Source of the DNA: Gammaproteobacteria bacterium
Lineage (GTDB): Bacteria; Pseudomonadota; Gammaproteobacteria; JAJFKO01
Length of the DNA: 64,000 nt
Direction of reading: 5' to 3'
NCBI GenBank assembly: GCA_021773175.1
Contig: JAJFKO010000067.1
Coordinates: 118,611-182,610 of the forward strand
The notes under the pieces were generated by a model that was not told the origin of the DNA, made no database searches, and saw only the letters and a program-made list of their open reading frames with translations. The translations under genes and the position numbers were made by a program. Shown piece by piece: positions 1 through 12,466 of this stretch. The first letter of the stretch is position 1. Each line of letters opens with the position of its first letter.

Positions 1-2357
<2,357 letters not shown>

Positions 2358-2359
2358 GT

Positions 2360-5300
2360 TTATTTTTTCTTACCACCGACTGGTCCAACAGGGCGACGAG
2401 TTGAGCCTTGCTGCGGGTCAACAACAGGGGGCGCGCCACCTGTTCTCATGGTTGGCAAAGGTCTTGCCTTACCTTTCTGTTGTCCTGATTTTCGGGTAGA
2501 TTTATTAGCAAACATTCGTTCATAGCGGTTCGTAAAATTAACATGGTTAGTTGCTTCAGCCCCTATTTTATCGTCAAGTTCATTTTCAACACGCTCGATG
2601 AGTTTCTGTAACGGAGGTAGATATTCTGACAAGGCAAGTAAGTCTGCAATGTTTAGAGTCATTTCTTTTGTTAGTAATTGCTGTAGTTGCGTTGTTGCTG
2701 CTACATTAGCATCTTGACTAGTGACGACTCTGATCTGATCGAGTAATTTTTGTTGTTGTTGACTCGTTACTTTTGGACGAGCTTTTGTTGTTGTTTGCTT
2801 TTGCAAATATTGAATAACCGCATCTAAATCTCTAGCTTCTTGCTGCAGTGTTATAAGAGGTGTTTTCTCTGACTCTATTGCCTTAACTAAGGCCGTTAGC
2901 GCAGCTCTATGACGAGGATTTGCTTTAGCTGCTGTATCTAAAAGTTGTTGAGCTCTTGAGATACTTCCTCTAAGTTTTTCTTGCCTGCTTTGTAAGGCGA
3001 CTATTTTTTCTGGTATTGATAGAGTCTCATCAACCTGACAATCGAGAATAAACAGTTCTGTTTGTTCGTTAATTAATACATCATTACATTTTGTTCCTAT
3101 CTCGTCTTCTAGTGCTTTTAGTCGCTCGAGAAGATTTTCGAGTGAACGTATTTTTTCTAGCTGCTGCGGGTCCCATTTGCCTGTTGTGCGTGTGCTGCTT
3201 GGCTGAGCAGAAGTTCCAACTCTAGCATAGGATTCTTTCGCTTTTTGTTCATAAGTTTTTTTGGCTTTACGCTCATCCGCACTTTTACCCGATATAGCAC
3301 TATATAACTTTAGTGCAACCGACCCTATTTTTGTTGCTATAACATCAGTATGGGCTAATCTTTTTGCTTGATCAGATAAAACCTGAAGTTTATTCTTTTT
3401 ACGTTGAACATAGCGACGTTGTAGATTGCCAGCGGCTGTATTTTGGCGCGTGTTTATTTTCATCTTAAAATTAAGAGTATGATTCGCGCGCGCGCCAAAT
3501 AATAAACGTGTAAAGAATCGCTCTGCAGGCTTTGGTTTTTGATTTTTTCTGATGTGTTCAAGTCCATTAAAGTATTGCTTGCTACTTAATGGGCTTTGAT
3601 TGGTTTTACTTGGTACATAATTATGGTGTAGTGTTAAAAGTTCACGGCTATACAAGAGCAAGTTTCTGGCTGTTTGGTTCTGTTCTCTAACATTTTTAGG
3701 TATGTCATCATCAGCAGGTAAGGCTTTCAAAAGCGTGTCTAAGCTGCTAATAATTTCTGGCAAGTTTTTATTGTTTATACGATAGTCGAGAGCATGAATT
3801 TGCAGGGTAGCACTAATGACTTGTTGAAGACTCACTTCATCACTTAAATTGAGGCGTTGTTTCATTACTTCTACAAGTGCTGGCTGGCATTCGAAGGCAT
3901 GTTGTAATGCATAAATGATGGATGTTTGTAAATTATGTTCTAATAGGAATTTATCTTGATGTGCATGTTGTTTTAATGCTGAATTTGCTATTCTCATCTC
4001 TTCGTCATTAGGTTCTGTGCGTGCCTTAAATCTAATTGCGTTGCCTATGTCGGGTGGCCCTGCTTTTACATCAAACTTTGATATGACAATATCTAGTTTA
4101 ACAAGAACACTACGAGCTCGAGCCATTTCTGAGTCATCAGCGTATTTACCTGCGTATTCACTCATATCTGCAGCTGTATACATGAGCGCTCTGATTGCTA
4201 AAGCTTGCTCTTCTGTAAGAGTAGGAGTCCTTGCTGTGACATAGTCACTAGCCATAAATGCTGAATATAAATTGGCTTCATCATCTGGTTCAGAATCTTT
4301 GCCTAAAACCTTGTGCAAACTAAACATGAAAGATTCGTCAAACTCACATGCTGCAGTAATAAAGATACTTGGATTTGTTTCAAGGTGTTGCAGCGCATCT
4401 AATAACTTTAACCAGTGTTCATTTAATGTATTGCCACTTCCTGCCAATACTATCATGGCATTATCTTTGCTGGTGAGTCCTGAAACACGTGAACGAATCT
4501 CATTTTCAAATCCTGAAAAACCTGCTATCTCAATTTGTTGGCTGTTTGGACTAATAATATTACCATTTGTTTTATCCGTATTATTTATACAATCTGTTTT
4601 TAACCAAGCATTTATGTTTGCTATGACATTATCATCAAATGTAATAAGGCCTTCTAAGGTGGTTAGAAATGCTAACACATCATTATCGACTTCGTGCATA
4701 TTTGCTATTTTTTGTCGTTGCCTGGCGACATACTGTTTGAAGAAATGAATTTTAGCAATTTTAGCGGTATCTTCGAGTAATTGTTTATCTTCTGCGGAGA
4801 AATCTCCATGTAAGGCCAAATGGTGTTCCATGCTCTTTTGAAGAAATTCAATATCATCTGCGGTTATGTTGTTTTGTGTTAAGTACGCGATAACTCTCTC
4901 GACATTAATTCGTTGAGGCAATGCATGCGTGCTATCTGCCAATACTGTGATATTTGCTTCTTGCAAGAGTCTAAGGGCATTATTTGGATTTATATTAACT
5001 TTTCTATGATGAACAGTAAGTGCTTTTCTGCAATTAACAAGTTGTTGTTGTGCTGTTTGTAATTGTTGATCAGAAAGCTTCTCCTCATGTTCGTTTAAGC
5101 TTTGCTCGAGCGATTCTAGAGTTGCTATAATGTCTACTAATTTTTGGTTAGCAATAATGTGATCTTCAGAGAACAGATGTAAAAAATGTAATGCTGCTTC
5201 TTTTGGTGTGGCATCACTAGGTAGTACAGGAACATCTATGTCTCGTTGTGTATACTCTTTTTCATATCTGTCTATATTGAAACGATTCAATTCCTCTATC

Positions 5301-6391
5301 AAAAAGGGTGCAGTAGAAAACAATACGGATAATGTCTTGAGCATCCATTGTTGTGTTTTTGGTTTAATCACATAAATATTATCGACAAAACCACCAAGGC
5401 TGCGTAAATTCTCCGGTGTGTCCGATGCTTTTGCATAGTTTTTCATGGCATTGATACAATTACGAGTAAATAAATTTATACCCATGATTTTTTGTTCTTG
5501 TACAGCATCAGGGGATTGGCCTGGTGTTAGAATAACCTCAGTAAAAAATTCAAAGGGAGCTTCTATTTCTACATTTGAACCATCAGCTGCTTGAACCTTA
5601 AATGTTGCAGCCATATCTTCATATGTTGCTCCTGCCACAATACGCATTTGGTCGTTATTTTCTGGAGTAATAATAATATTGCCTTTATGGATAGCTTTTA
5701 GTCTGGCACGTTGCTCTTTTGTTAAGCCTGTATCATTTCCTGAAAATCGTATCATGACTGCGTTATCAGTAATTTTTGCGAACTCACTGAAAAAGTAAGC
5801 ACTATCTCCAGCTAAGCCGCCTTGTTGCCCCGCCACACAGACATGCAATATTTCTGCTACTGATAGCTTTTCAAGGTTTGCTTTTATAGCCTGCAAATAT
5901 TGCTCATCAAATTGTTGTCTCTGTGTATCTCTATTAACACCTGTCGGTTGGAATTTCTGTAATGAACCTGTTGCATCGGTATATAAGAAACCTCGATGTA
6001 AATCTTTAAGGATCTGTTGGATATTCATGAGAAATTTTTGAGCTGTCTCTTCTATTTCCGTTTCTGGAATGTCTGTTGTTGATGTTTCTTCTTGGGTAGC
6101 TTGGTGTTCTGCAAGGCGTCTTTCCTTTAAATACTGAATAAAAGCTAAGGTACTTGGCGTATCTGCGTCTGTGGACTCAAGATGAATTTTTTCTATTGCT
6201 TTGAAAATTGCATCGATATTAGCATAGTGAATCACGCCGTTTGCATCTGGCGCATAGATTTGATTTTTGTTTTTGGTGGTGCTGGCTAATCCCATTGCCT
6301 GTCTTTGGGCTGCATTAAGCGTAAGCGTTGCTAAAGTTTCTGCACCAAAATAACCAGGGCTTCGCCCTTTTTCTAACGTACCTCCAGCCAT
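2360..6391 (-). CDS. Large (1343 aa) hypothetical protein with no recognisable domain. Candidate secreted effector.
   Basis: Uninterrupted 4-kb ORF convergent with gyrB (2-nt gap). Acidic and coiled-coil-like stretches; C-terminus is proline/basic (…PVGPVGGKKK). No motif I can assign from the sequence alone. Confidence 0.5.
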   Translation of the reverse strand: MAGGTLEKGRSPGYFGAETLATLTLNAAQRQAMGLASTTKNKNQIYAPDANGVIHYANIDAIFKAIEKIHLESTDADTPSTLAFIQYLKERRLAEHQATQEETSTTDIPETEIEETAQKFLMNIQQILKDLHRGFLYTDATGSLQKFQPTGVNRDTQRQQFDEQYLQAIKANLEKLSVAEILHVCVAGQQGGLAGDSAYFFSEFAKITDNAVMIRFSGNDTGLTKEQRARLKAIHKGNIIITPENNDQMRIVAGATYEDMAATFKVQAADGSNVEIEAPFEFFTEVILTPGQSPDAVQEQKIMGINLFTRNCINAMKNYAKASDTPENLRSLGGFVDNIYVIKPKTQQWMLKTLSVLFSTAPFLIEELNRFNIDRYEKEYTQRDIDVPVLPSDATPKEAALHFLHLFSEDHIIANQKLVDIIATLESLEQSLNEHEEKLSDQQLQTAQQQLVNCRKALTVHHRKVNINPNNALRLLQEANITVLADSTHALPQRINVERVIAYLTQNNITADDIEFLQKSMEHHLALHGDFSAEDKQLLEDTAKIAKIHFFKQYVARQRQKIANMHEVDNDVLAFLTTLEGLITFDDNVIANINAWLKTDCINNTDKTNGNIISPNSQQIEIAGFSGFENEIRSRVSGLTSKDNAMIVLAGSGNTLNEHWLKLLDALQHLETNPSIFITAACEFDESFMFSLHKVLGKDSEPDDEANLYSAFMASDYVTARTPTLTEEQALAIRALMYTAADMSEYAGKYADDSEMARARSVLVKLDIVISKFDVKAGPPDIGNAIRFKARTEPNDEEMRIANSALKQHAHQDKFLLEHNLQTSIIYALQHAFECQPALVEVMKQRLNLSDEVSLQQVISATLQIHALDYRINNKNLPEIISSLDTLLKALPADDDIPKNVREQNQTARNLLLYSRELLTLHHNYVPSKTNQSPLSSKQYFNGLEHIRKNQKPKPAERFFTRLLFGARANHTLNFKMKINTRQNTAAGNLQRRYVQRKKNKLQVLSDQAKRLAHTDVIATKIGSVALKLYSAISGKSADERKAKKTYEQKAKESYARVGTSAQPSSTRTTGKWDPQQLEKIRSLENLLERLKALEDEIGTKCNDVLINEQTELFILDCQVDETLSIPEKIVALQSRQEKLRGSISRAQQLLDTAAKANPRHRAALTALVKAIESEKTPLITLQQEARDLDAVIQYLQKQTTTKARPKVTSQQQQKLLDQIRVVTSQDANVAATTQLQQLLTKEMTLNIADLLALSEYLPPLQKLIERVENELDDKIGAEATNHVNFTNRYERMFANKSTRKSGQQKGKARPLPTMRTGGAPPVVDPQQGSTRRPVGPVGGKKK

Positions 6392-6527
6392 AATACTAAC
6401 CTCTACAAAATAGATCTTTTTATAATCATTAATCTTAAATGTAGTTTATTTATTAGGCATGTCAATTTATCTAAACAGGTGTTTTTTTGAATACTTTCTG
6501 CCTGATAAATACCTGACCTTTATGAGT

Positions 6528-7859
6528 TTATTCTGTGTGCGGAGTTGACGTTAATCGTGGTAGTTCTGAAATCATATACAACGGTATCGATAAAATACCG
6601 TTTTTTATGCCAAGAGGATGCTGTGAGACTCTTACCCCTAAATCGAGATTTTTTTCTTGTAAGAGTGTTTGTAGTGATTTTAATCGGCCCGTTGTGCCTG
6701 CTTTAACTTCGATGGGAATGATTTGTGAACCGACGGTAGTAATGTAATCAACTTCAGCTGTGCTACCTGCTTGTTGGCGTTCCCAGTAGTATAAATTCGC
6801 TTTTTGGTAGTTCGCGGCATAAGCTAATAGTTCTTGGCCGACAAATTGCTCGGCAATACTGCCGCGGTTTATTAAGAGTAAATCTTGTTGCATGAGAATA
6901 TCAGCACTAAGATTGGAGGTTTGGCTAACGAGCCCAACATCAACAAAGAGTAATTTGAATTTTTTCTCATTGATGGTACTTGCCAGCGGCAAACCAGCAA
7001 CAGAACACGCATAAATTTTTGTAATAATTCCCGCATCTAGTAAGTCTTCTAGTGCGGGCTTTATATCGCGTGATTGAGCATTAGCATCAATATTGACATA
7101 TTTAAAATGTTGGCCAACCATGCCCGTTGCTTTCTCATAAACACGTTGTAAATAACGAACACTGGTTTTACTGGCATATTTCCCAAAATCGCTACGATAG
7201 CCTTCTATAATAGTACTCTGGATGACCTGGCATGCATATAAGTCTGCTTGTTGTTTATAAGCGGCAATAACTTCAGGCATGCCTCCTAGCACTAAATATT
7301 GTCGTAACAATGTAATTAATCTATCGTGAAAAACGTTATCTATATTTCTTTCCAATGATGCGTTTTCAATAATATCAATAAGCGCTGTTTCTGCCATCGC
7401 ATGTAGAAACTCTTTAAAAGAGAGTGGGTACATATATAACGATTGCACTCTGCCTACGGGCATTCGAAAATTTTCTTTACGCAAAGTGAATTCTAATAAT
7501 GACCCTGCTGCTATGACATGAAGTTCCGGCATTTGTTCATAGAAATAGCGTAATGCCAAAATTGCATTAGGACATTCCTGTATTTCATCCAGGAATAATA
7601 ATGTTTTTCCTGGTTCAATATGCTTATGCGATAAGGTATAAATGCGATTAATAATTTCCTGGGGATAGAGTGTTTCAAAACAAGAGCGGTATTCAGCTTG
7701 TTGTTCAAAGTTAATTTCCAGGATTTCAGCAAAATTATGTTTAGCAAATTGGCGAACACAAAAGGTTTTACCAACTTGTCTTGCTCCTCTAATTAATAGA
7801 GGTTTGCGAAGATTATGCTGTTGCCATGTGCGTAGATCTTGCTCGCAGAGTCTTTTCAT
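6528..7859 (-). CDS. AAA+ ATPase with DUF4143-type C-terminal domain (COG1373 family)
   Basis: Walker A GARQVGKT near the N-terminus and Walker B LLFLDEIQ. Overall architecture and length (443 aa) typical of the widespread ATPase/DUF4143 family. Confidence 0.75.
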   Translation of the reverse strand: MKRLCEQDLRTWQQHNLRKPLLIRGARQVGKTFCVRQFAKHNFAEILEINFEQQAEYRSCFETLYPQEIINRIYTLSHKHIEPGKTLLFLDEIQECPNAILALRYFYEQMPELHVIAAGSLLEFTLRKENFRMPVGRVQSLYMYPLSFKEFLHAMAETALIDIIENASLERNIDNVFHDRLITLLRQYLVLGGMPEVIAAYKQQADLYACQVIQSTIIEGYRSDFGKYASKTSVRYLQRVYEKATGMVGQHFKYVNIDANAQSRDIKPALEDLLDAGIITKIYACSVAGLPLASTINEKKFKLLFVDVGLVSQTSNLSADILMQQDLLLINRGSIAEQFVGQELLAYAANYQKANLYYWERQQAGSTAEVDYITTVGSQIIPIEVKAGTTGRLKSLQTLLQEKNLDLGVRVSQHPLGIKNGILSIPLYMISELPRLTSTPHTE

Positions 7860-7899
7860 GCGTATCCCATTGTTTTATATCTGATTATTTCAAGTATAG

Positions 7900-7990
7900 A
7901 CTGTTTTTGCAGATTTTTATAGGTTATTTTTTGCATTTCTGCAGTTTTTTATAGGTTTATTTCTGCAAAAATGCAGATTTCTATAGGTTC
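7900..7990. repeat. Three ~20-bp direct repeats (consensus ctgcagatttttataggtt) spaced ~30 bp apart, in the upstream region of the AAA+ ATPase gene
   Basis: Seen directly: ttgcagatttttataggtt (7907), tctgcagttttttataggttt (7938), atgcagatttctataggtt (7962). Also an embedded palindrome TCTGCAaaaaTGCAGA. Confidence 0.6.
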
Positions 7991-8002
7991 ATAAGATTTT
8001 GG

Positions 8003-8857
8003 TTAGCCTAACTCATAAGTCGTTATGCCATAGACTTTGCTTAAATCAATGTCTGGATTGCCTTTGGTATACATTCTGGCCTCCGTAAAGTCACGCTCCA
8101 TATTGTATTTTTTTATTAAGGCTTCAGCGCTTTTATTGGGGTGGGGGATATCAATATAAATAATAGCCCCATAGGTGTTACCCGCTAGTTGACGATACAA
8201 TATATCTGCAATGTCGGCATTTTCTGCAAACAAAGGCCCAATTTTGTAACCTTTTATACATTTACGGATCACACCAAAGCCGTGAATTTTATTATGTTTT
8301 AAATACACCAATGCGGTACATTCTGGTTGGTTAATCCAATGGCGTAAAAACATGGCGCGTTTGGCTGGGAAATATTGCGCATCGTATTCAACGACATCAG
8401 CAAATAAAATATTTTTGGCATCGGCTATTTGTGGGTGACTAATTGTATCGAGATGAGGCTTGGCATGATAACGTGTCGTTTCATAGGCTGTTTGAAAACC
8501 AATGTTTGTATACTTGCTAGACATATCAAGAACACCATCTAAGCCTAAATTACGATCGCCAACATATTCTAAGCGTGCCTGTGTTACTTGGAAGCCATAA
8601 CCTTGATCGCGGTATTCTGGTTTAACAATATAACAGCCGAAAAAAGCAAAGTTATCATCATAAATCACAGCTGATGCGGTACAAATGATTTCATCACCTA
8701 AACATCCCATAAAAAATCCATCGGGATCTGCAGCATAAAATGTTTGAGCATCATAAATGCCTGGGTTCCAGCCTTCTGCTTGCATTAAATCAATAATGGT
8801 TTGCATATGTTGTGATTCCATTCTTTTAATTGTGTATTCTGTCTTTGCATTTTCCAT
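8003..8857 (-). CDS. GNAT-family N-acetyltransferase-like protein (two-domain, YitH-like)
   Basis: N-terminal segment with GNAT-like acetyl-CoA-binding motif region (…YRDQGYGFQV…). Family call from pattern resemblance; moderate. Confidence 0.45.
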   Translation of the reverse strand: MENAKTEYTIKRMESQHMQTIIDLMQAEGWNPGIYDAQTFYAADPDGFFMGCLGDEIICTASAVIYDDNFAFFGCYIVKPEYRDQGYGFQVTQARLEYVGDRNLGLDGVLDMSSKYTNIGFQTAYETTRYHAKPHLDTISHPQIADAKNILFADVVEYDAQYFPAKRAMFLRHWINQPECTALVYLKHNKIHGFGVIRKCIKGYKIGPLFAENADIADILYRQLAGNTYGAIIYIDIPHPNKSAEALIKKYNMERDFTEARMYTKGNPDIDLSKVYGITTYELG

Positions 8858-8860
8858 GAT

Positions 8861-9766
8861 TTATTCCGCTGCTTTGTGGTGTTGTTGCCAATGTTGAGCG
8901 ATGTCCTGACGACGGCACAACCAAACGGCATTATACCTTTTAATATAGTCCAGAAATCGGCGTATTGCTTCTGAACGCGCCGGATGACCGGATATTCTTG
9001 CATGTAAGGCTATGGTCATCATCTTGGCTGTTGTTTTGCCTTCCCGATATAAGCAGTCAAATTCTGCAATTAACTCTTCGTAAAAAGTTTGGCTTGATGT
9101 CCAGCCTGGGTTAAGCAAGTACTTACAATCATTAAGGTTAAACGTGTAGGGGATAATAAGATGTTGCTTGTTATTAATGGTTGTCCAATAAGGTAAATCG
9201 TCACTATAATCTTCTGAGTCATAGCTAAGACCTTGTTCGATGATGAGTTCACGCGTGTTTGCACTTCGGCGGCCGGTATACCAGCCATGAACTTTTTTGC
9301 CGGTGTTCGATTCGATAATGCTTAGTGTTTTTTTAATATGCTCACGCTCTTCATCTATCGGCATATCGCGATAATTAATCCAACGATAGCCATGACCTGC
9401 AATTTCATGTTCTGAGCTTTTTAAATAAGCGGCAAGTTGATTATTGCGGCTTAATGCCAAGCCTGTTGCAAAGAAAGTCACAGGAACATGATAATCATCA
9501 AATAACTTAACTAATCGCCACACGCCACAGCGACTACCATAAGCAAAACATGATTCAACAGAAAGGTGACGTTGTCCCGCTATAGGATTTGGGTTAGGTA
9601 TTTCAGTTAAATATTGTTCGGCACATTCGTCACCATCGAGAATATTTGTTTCTGATCCTTCTTCGTAATTAATAACAAAATTAATTGCGATACGCGCATC
9701 ATTGGGCCATTGTGGATGCGGTGGTTTATTGGCGTAGCCGATTAAGTTGCGTTCATTATTTTGCAT
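8861..9766 (-). CDS. Polysaccharide deacetylase family protein (PuuE/allantoinase-like)
   Basis: N-terminus LIGYANKPPHPQWPNDARIAINFVINYEEGSE closely matches the conserved start of PuuE-type polysaccharide deacetylases (…GYG..PP.P.WPG.ARIA..FVLNYEEG.E). Confidence 0.7.
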   Translation of the reverse strand: MQNNERNLIGYANKPPHPQWPNDARIAINFVINYEEGSETNILDGDECAEQYLTEIPNPNPIAGQRHLSVESCFAYGSRCGVWRLVKLFDDYHVPVTFFATGLALSRNNQLAAYLKSSEHEIAGHGYRWINYRDMPIDEEREHIKKTLSIIESNTGKKVHGWYTGRRSANTRELIIEQGLSYDSEDYSDDLPYWTTINNKQHLIIPYTFNLNDCKYLLNPGWTSSQTFYEELIAEFDCLYREGKTTAKMMTIALHARISGHPARSEAIRRFLDYIKRYNAVWLCRRQDIAQHWQQHHKAAE

Positions 9767-9774
9767 AACTCATC

Positions 9775-10902
9775 TCAATTATTTTCTATGATCTTAGCGA
9801 TATGCTCCGGTAAATTAAAAAAGTCGTTATTAGCAATATATTTCAAAGCATTATTGTGCCAACGAACTAGGGTATCTTTTGAGTCTAGCATAGCGTGTAA
9901 TGTTGAGTTTAATTCTGTTTGTTGGAATGGTGTAGCTAAGACATGCCCAGCTTCAGCCTTAATAATATGTTCTGCAAAGCCACATTCTGCTGTTGTTAGC
10001 ACTGGTACCCCACAAGCAAGTGCTTCTATTAATACATTGCCGGCAGCTTCTTTGCGGGCAGGATGAATAAGGAGGCTACTGTGGAGCAATAATTTCTGAA
10101 TATCATCACGTGCTCCTAAAAAGTGAACTTTATGATTTATCTTTAAATCAGTTGCAAGCTTTTTATAAGGTGCTTGTTTATCTTCACCAGCAATGATTAA
10201 ACTTGTTTGTTGGCGCAGCTTTTCAGGTAGTGCTGCCAATGCGTGAATCGCACGGTCTAAACCTTTGGTTTTATAGCGAGAGGCGATGAATAATAGAACT
10301 TTTTCTTCACCACCAATATTAAATTTTTGCATAAAGTCTATAGGAGATCTGTTGGATGGCATATTAGCAAAGGCTTTATCAAGATAGGGTGGCAATAAAA
10401 TGCTTTTTTCAACAATCTGAGGATAATAATGTAAAAAATCTTGTTGTTGTTTAGCACTAATAAACAGAACTTTCTGTAATTTAGTATTATTTAAGGTGTT
10501 TTCTTCAAGTTTTTTATAGGTTTTATAGCGCGGCATTTGTTGCATTAGTTTGTTGTATCGACGTTCTATATCTGAGGCGTAACAGATATCGGCTGCATAA
10601 TAGATGTCGATACCCGGAATACGATTAAAGCCAATAACCTTATCAAACGCTTTTTCCTCTAGTAAACCCGGTAGTTTCTGTGTAAAATCCAGGCACTTTG
10701 CATGATTGCTTATGCCGCGTATGGCGATACGATGGACTTCTAGATTTGATGGTATTGGGCCTTGCCAATCCATGGTATAGATGTGGACCTCATGTTGACG
10801 CAGGCAACATGCATTCGCGATTTGTAAAAATACTTTTTGTAAACCGCCATGTGGGAAGTAATTAAATAAACAAAATGCTAATTTCATTATTGGATCATGC
10901 AA
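9775..10902 (-). CDS. waaG: Family-1 glycosyltransferase, LPS core glucosyltransferase I-like
   Basis: N-terminus KLAFCLFNYFPHGGLQ resembles WaaG (…AFCLYKYFPFGGLQRD). C-terminal GT1 motif EAAGNVLIEALACGVPVLTTAECGFAEHI. Lies within a waaP/waaC/waaF cluster. Confidence 0.7.
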   Translation of the reverse strand: MHDPIMKLAFCLFNYFPHGGLQKVFLQIANACCLRQHEVHIYTMDWQGPIPSNLEVHRIAIRGISNHAKCLDFTQKLPGLLEEKAFDKVIGFNRIPGIDIYYAADICYASDIERRYNKLMQQMPRYKTYKKLEENTLNNTKLQKVLFISAKQQQDFLHYYPQIVEKSILLPPYLDKAFANMPSNRSPIDFMQKFNIGGEEKVLLFIASRYKTKGLDRAIHALAALPEKLRQQTSLIIAGEDKQAPYKKLATDLKINHKVHFLGARDDIQKLLLHSSLLIHPARKEAAGNVLIEALACGVPVLTTAECGFAEHIIKAEAGHVLATPFQQTELNSTLHAMLDSKDTLVRWHNNALKYIANNDFFNLPEHIAKIIENN

Positions 10903-10915
10903 CGAGGGCTATTTA

Positions 10916-12448
10916 ATGTTAAACCGTAGTTTAATGCTTGAGAGAAGAAAAGCAATTTATTTGCTTGGATTTTTGGTTAGCATCGTGGCAAGTCTTATTG
11001 TCTATAGCCACCGACAACCTTTTAATACCGATGGTTTGATTTATTTAAATACTGCCCAGGCCTATCTTTCTGGTGGTCTACATGCCGCCATGCATAGTTT
11101 TAAATGGCCGTTTTACTCTATTCTTATTGCATTGTTTAGCAAGTTTACAACATTAACATTATTGTCGTCGACTTATGTGCTAAATACGTTATTAGATGCT
11201 GTTACTGTTGTCGCTTTTTTATTATTACTTAGACAAATTGGCGCGACACAACGACAACAATTAATTGGTTTGCTTGTCATTTTATGCTTTTCTCAATATA
11301 TCCATATTTATGGCTATATTGTTCGAGGCCATGGTTATTATGCTTGTTATTTACTGGCAATATGGAGTTTGATTCGTTTCTTTGATACTGAAAATTATTT
11401 TTATGCTATTGCCTGGGGAGTTTTGAGTATTGCTGCAGCATTATTTCGAATAGAAGGCTGTGTTATTCTGGCTATGTTGCCCATCGCTGGATTGTTTCAG
11501 CCTAACAAGTCCATACTAAGAAAGATGCAAAATGTTTTATTAAGTTATTCTTTATTAGTGTTTGCAATACTGTTTATTATTGGAATGTTATTATTTCGAA
11601 ACAATTTTTCTTTACAGCACTTAGGGCGAGTTAATCAATTGCTGCAATATACGAATATTGTGCAAGTGATTATTCAACATATCCATGCGCAAGATGCTCG
11701 GCTTGTTAGTGTCTTTCCTTTTGAGGCAAGAGGACAGATTAAATATATTTTTACTTTTGGCATGATAGGTTTATTTATAAGCTATCTTGTTGCCACGGTT
11801 ACGCCGTTTTTCACATTACTTGCCGGTTACGCTATATTTAAAAAGTTAATACCTTGGAGTTGGTCTGCTAAGTTTGTGATAGCTTGGGCTATCATCATTA
11901 ACGGTATCATCATGATTAGTTTTACACTGACAAACTTTTTTATCAGCCATCGATTTCTAATGTTGATGAGTTTTTTAATTTTATTAGCAGTGCCTTTTGC
12001 TCTAGAGAATATTTATTTCGCATGGCGAAATAAAACGCCGACATTTATTGGTCGGGTTTGGTTATTTCCGGTGATGCTTTTAATTTTAATATATATGTTA
12101 ATTGCCGCGCTAGGGCATTTTGGTCCCTCTAAAACATATGTACTTAATGCTGCAGACTGGCTGCGTAGCAATACACTCAAGACGGCTAGGCTTTATACGA
12201 ATGTTGCTCCATTATGTTTTTATTCAGAACGTCCGGGATCTGCTTTTCCTCGAGATTTCTGGGATAGCAAGCGAACGATGACGAGTTTCTATAAGAGTAA
12301 GTTAATTGGTTATAAATATGTAGCATTAAAAATTAAGCGACATGACAAGGGTGAGTATAATAAAGTCATCGCTCATCTACACCGACAGCCCCTTAAAATA
12401 TTTGGTAATCATCGTGGCGATAAAATCTATTTATTTAAAATGTCGTAA
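10916..12448 (+). CDS. Polytopic membrane protein, probable GT-C-fold glycosyltransferase (ArnT/PMT-like) in the LPS core cluster
   Basis: About 12 hydrophobic segments. Acidic motif (NTDGLIY) in the first predicted periplasmic loop. Placed between waaG and waaP. Function inferred from context. Confidence 0.4.
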   Translation: MLNRSLMLERRKAIYLLGFLVSIVASLIVYSHRQPFNTDGLIYLNTAQAYLSGGLHAAMHSFKWPFYSILIALFSKFTTLTLLSSTYVLNTLLDAVTVVAFLLLLRQIGATQRQQLIGLLVILCFSQYIHIYGYIVRGHGYYACYLLAIWSLIRFFDTENYFYAIAWGVLSIAAALFRIEGCVILAMLPIAGLFQPNKSILRKMQNVLLSYSLLVFAILFIIGMLLFRNNFSLQHLGRVNQLLQYTNIVQVIIQHIHAQDARLVSVFPFEARGQIKYIFTFGMIGLFISYLVATVTPFFTLLAGYAIFKKLIPWSWSAKFVIAWAIIINGIIMISFTLTNFFISHRFLMLMSFLILLAVPFALENIYFAWRNKTPTFIGRVWLFPVMLLILIYMLIAALGHFGPSKTYVLNAADWLRSNTLKTARLYTNVAPLCFYSERPGSAFPRDFWDSKRTMTSFYKSKLIGYKYVALKIKRHDKGEYNKVIAHLHRQPLKIFGNHRGDKIYLFKMS

Positions 12449-12466
12449 TCAACGGCGCTTTCTAGA

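Noticed and set aside
4017-4748. Plus-strand ORFs 4017..4244 and 4272..4748 inside the 1343-aa minus-strand gene
   Set aside because: Fully embedded antisense to a long, uninterrupted ORF. Low-complexity translations. No RBS or homology support.
8785-9288. ORFs 8785..9003 and 9070..9288 (-) overlapping the GNAT and deacetylase genes
   Set aside because: Alternative-frame artefacts within or across confidently called CDSs.
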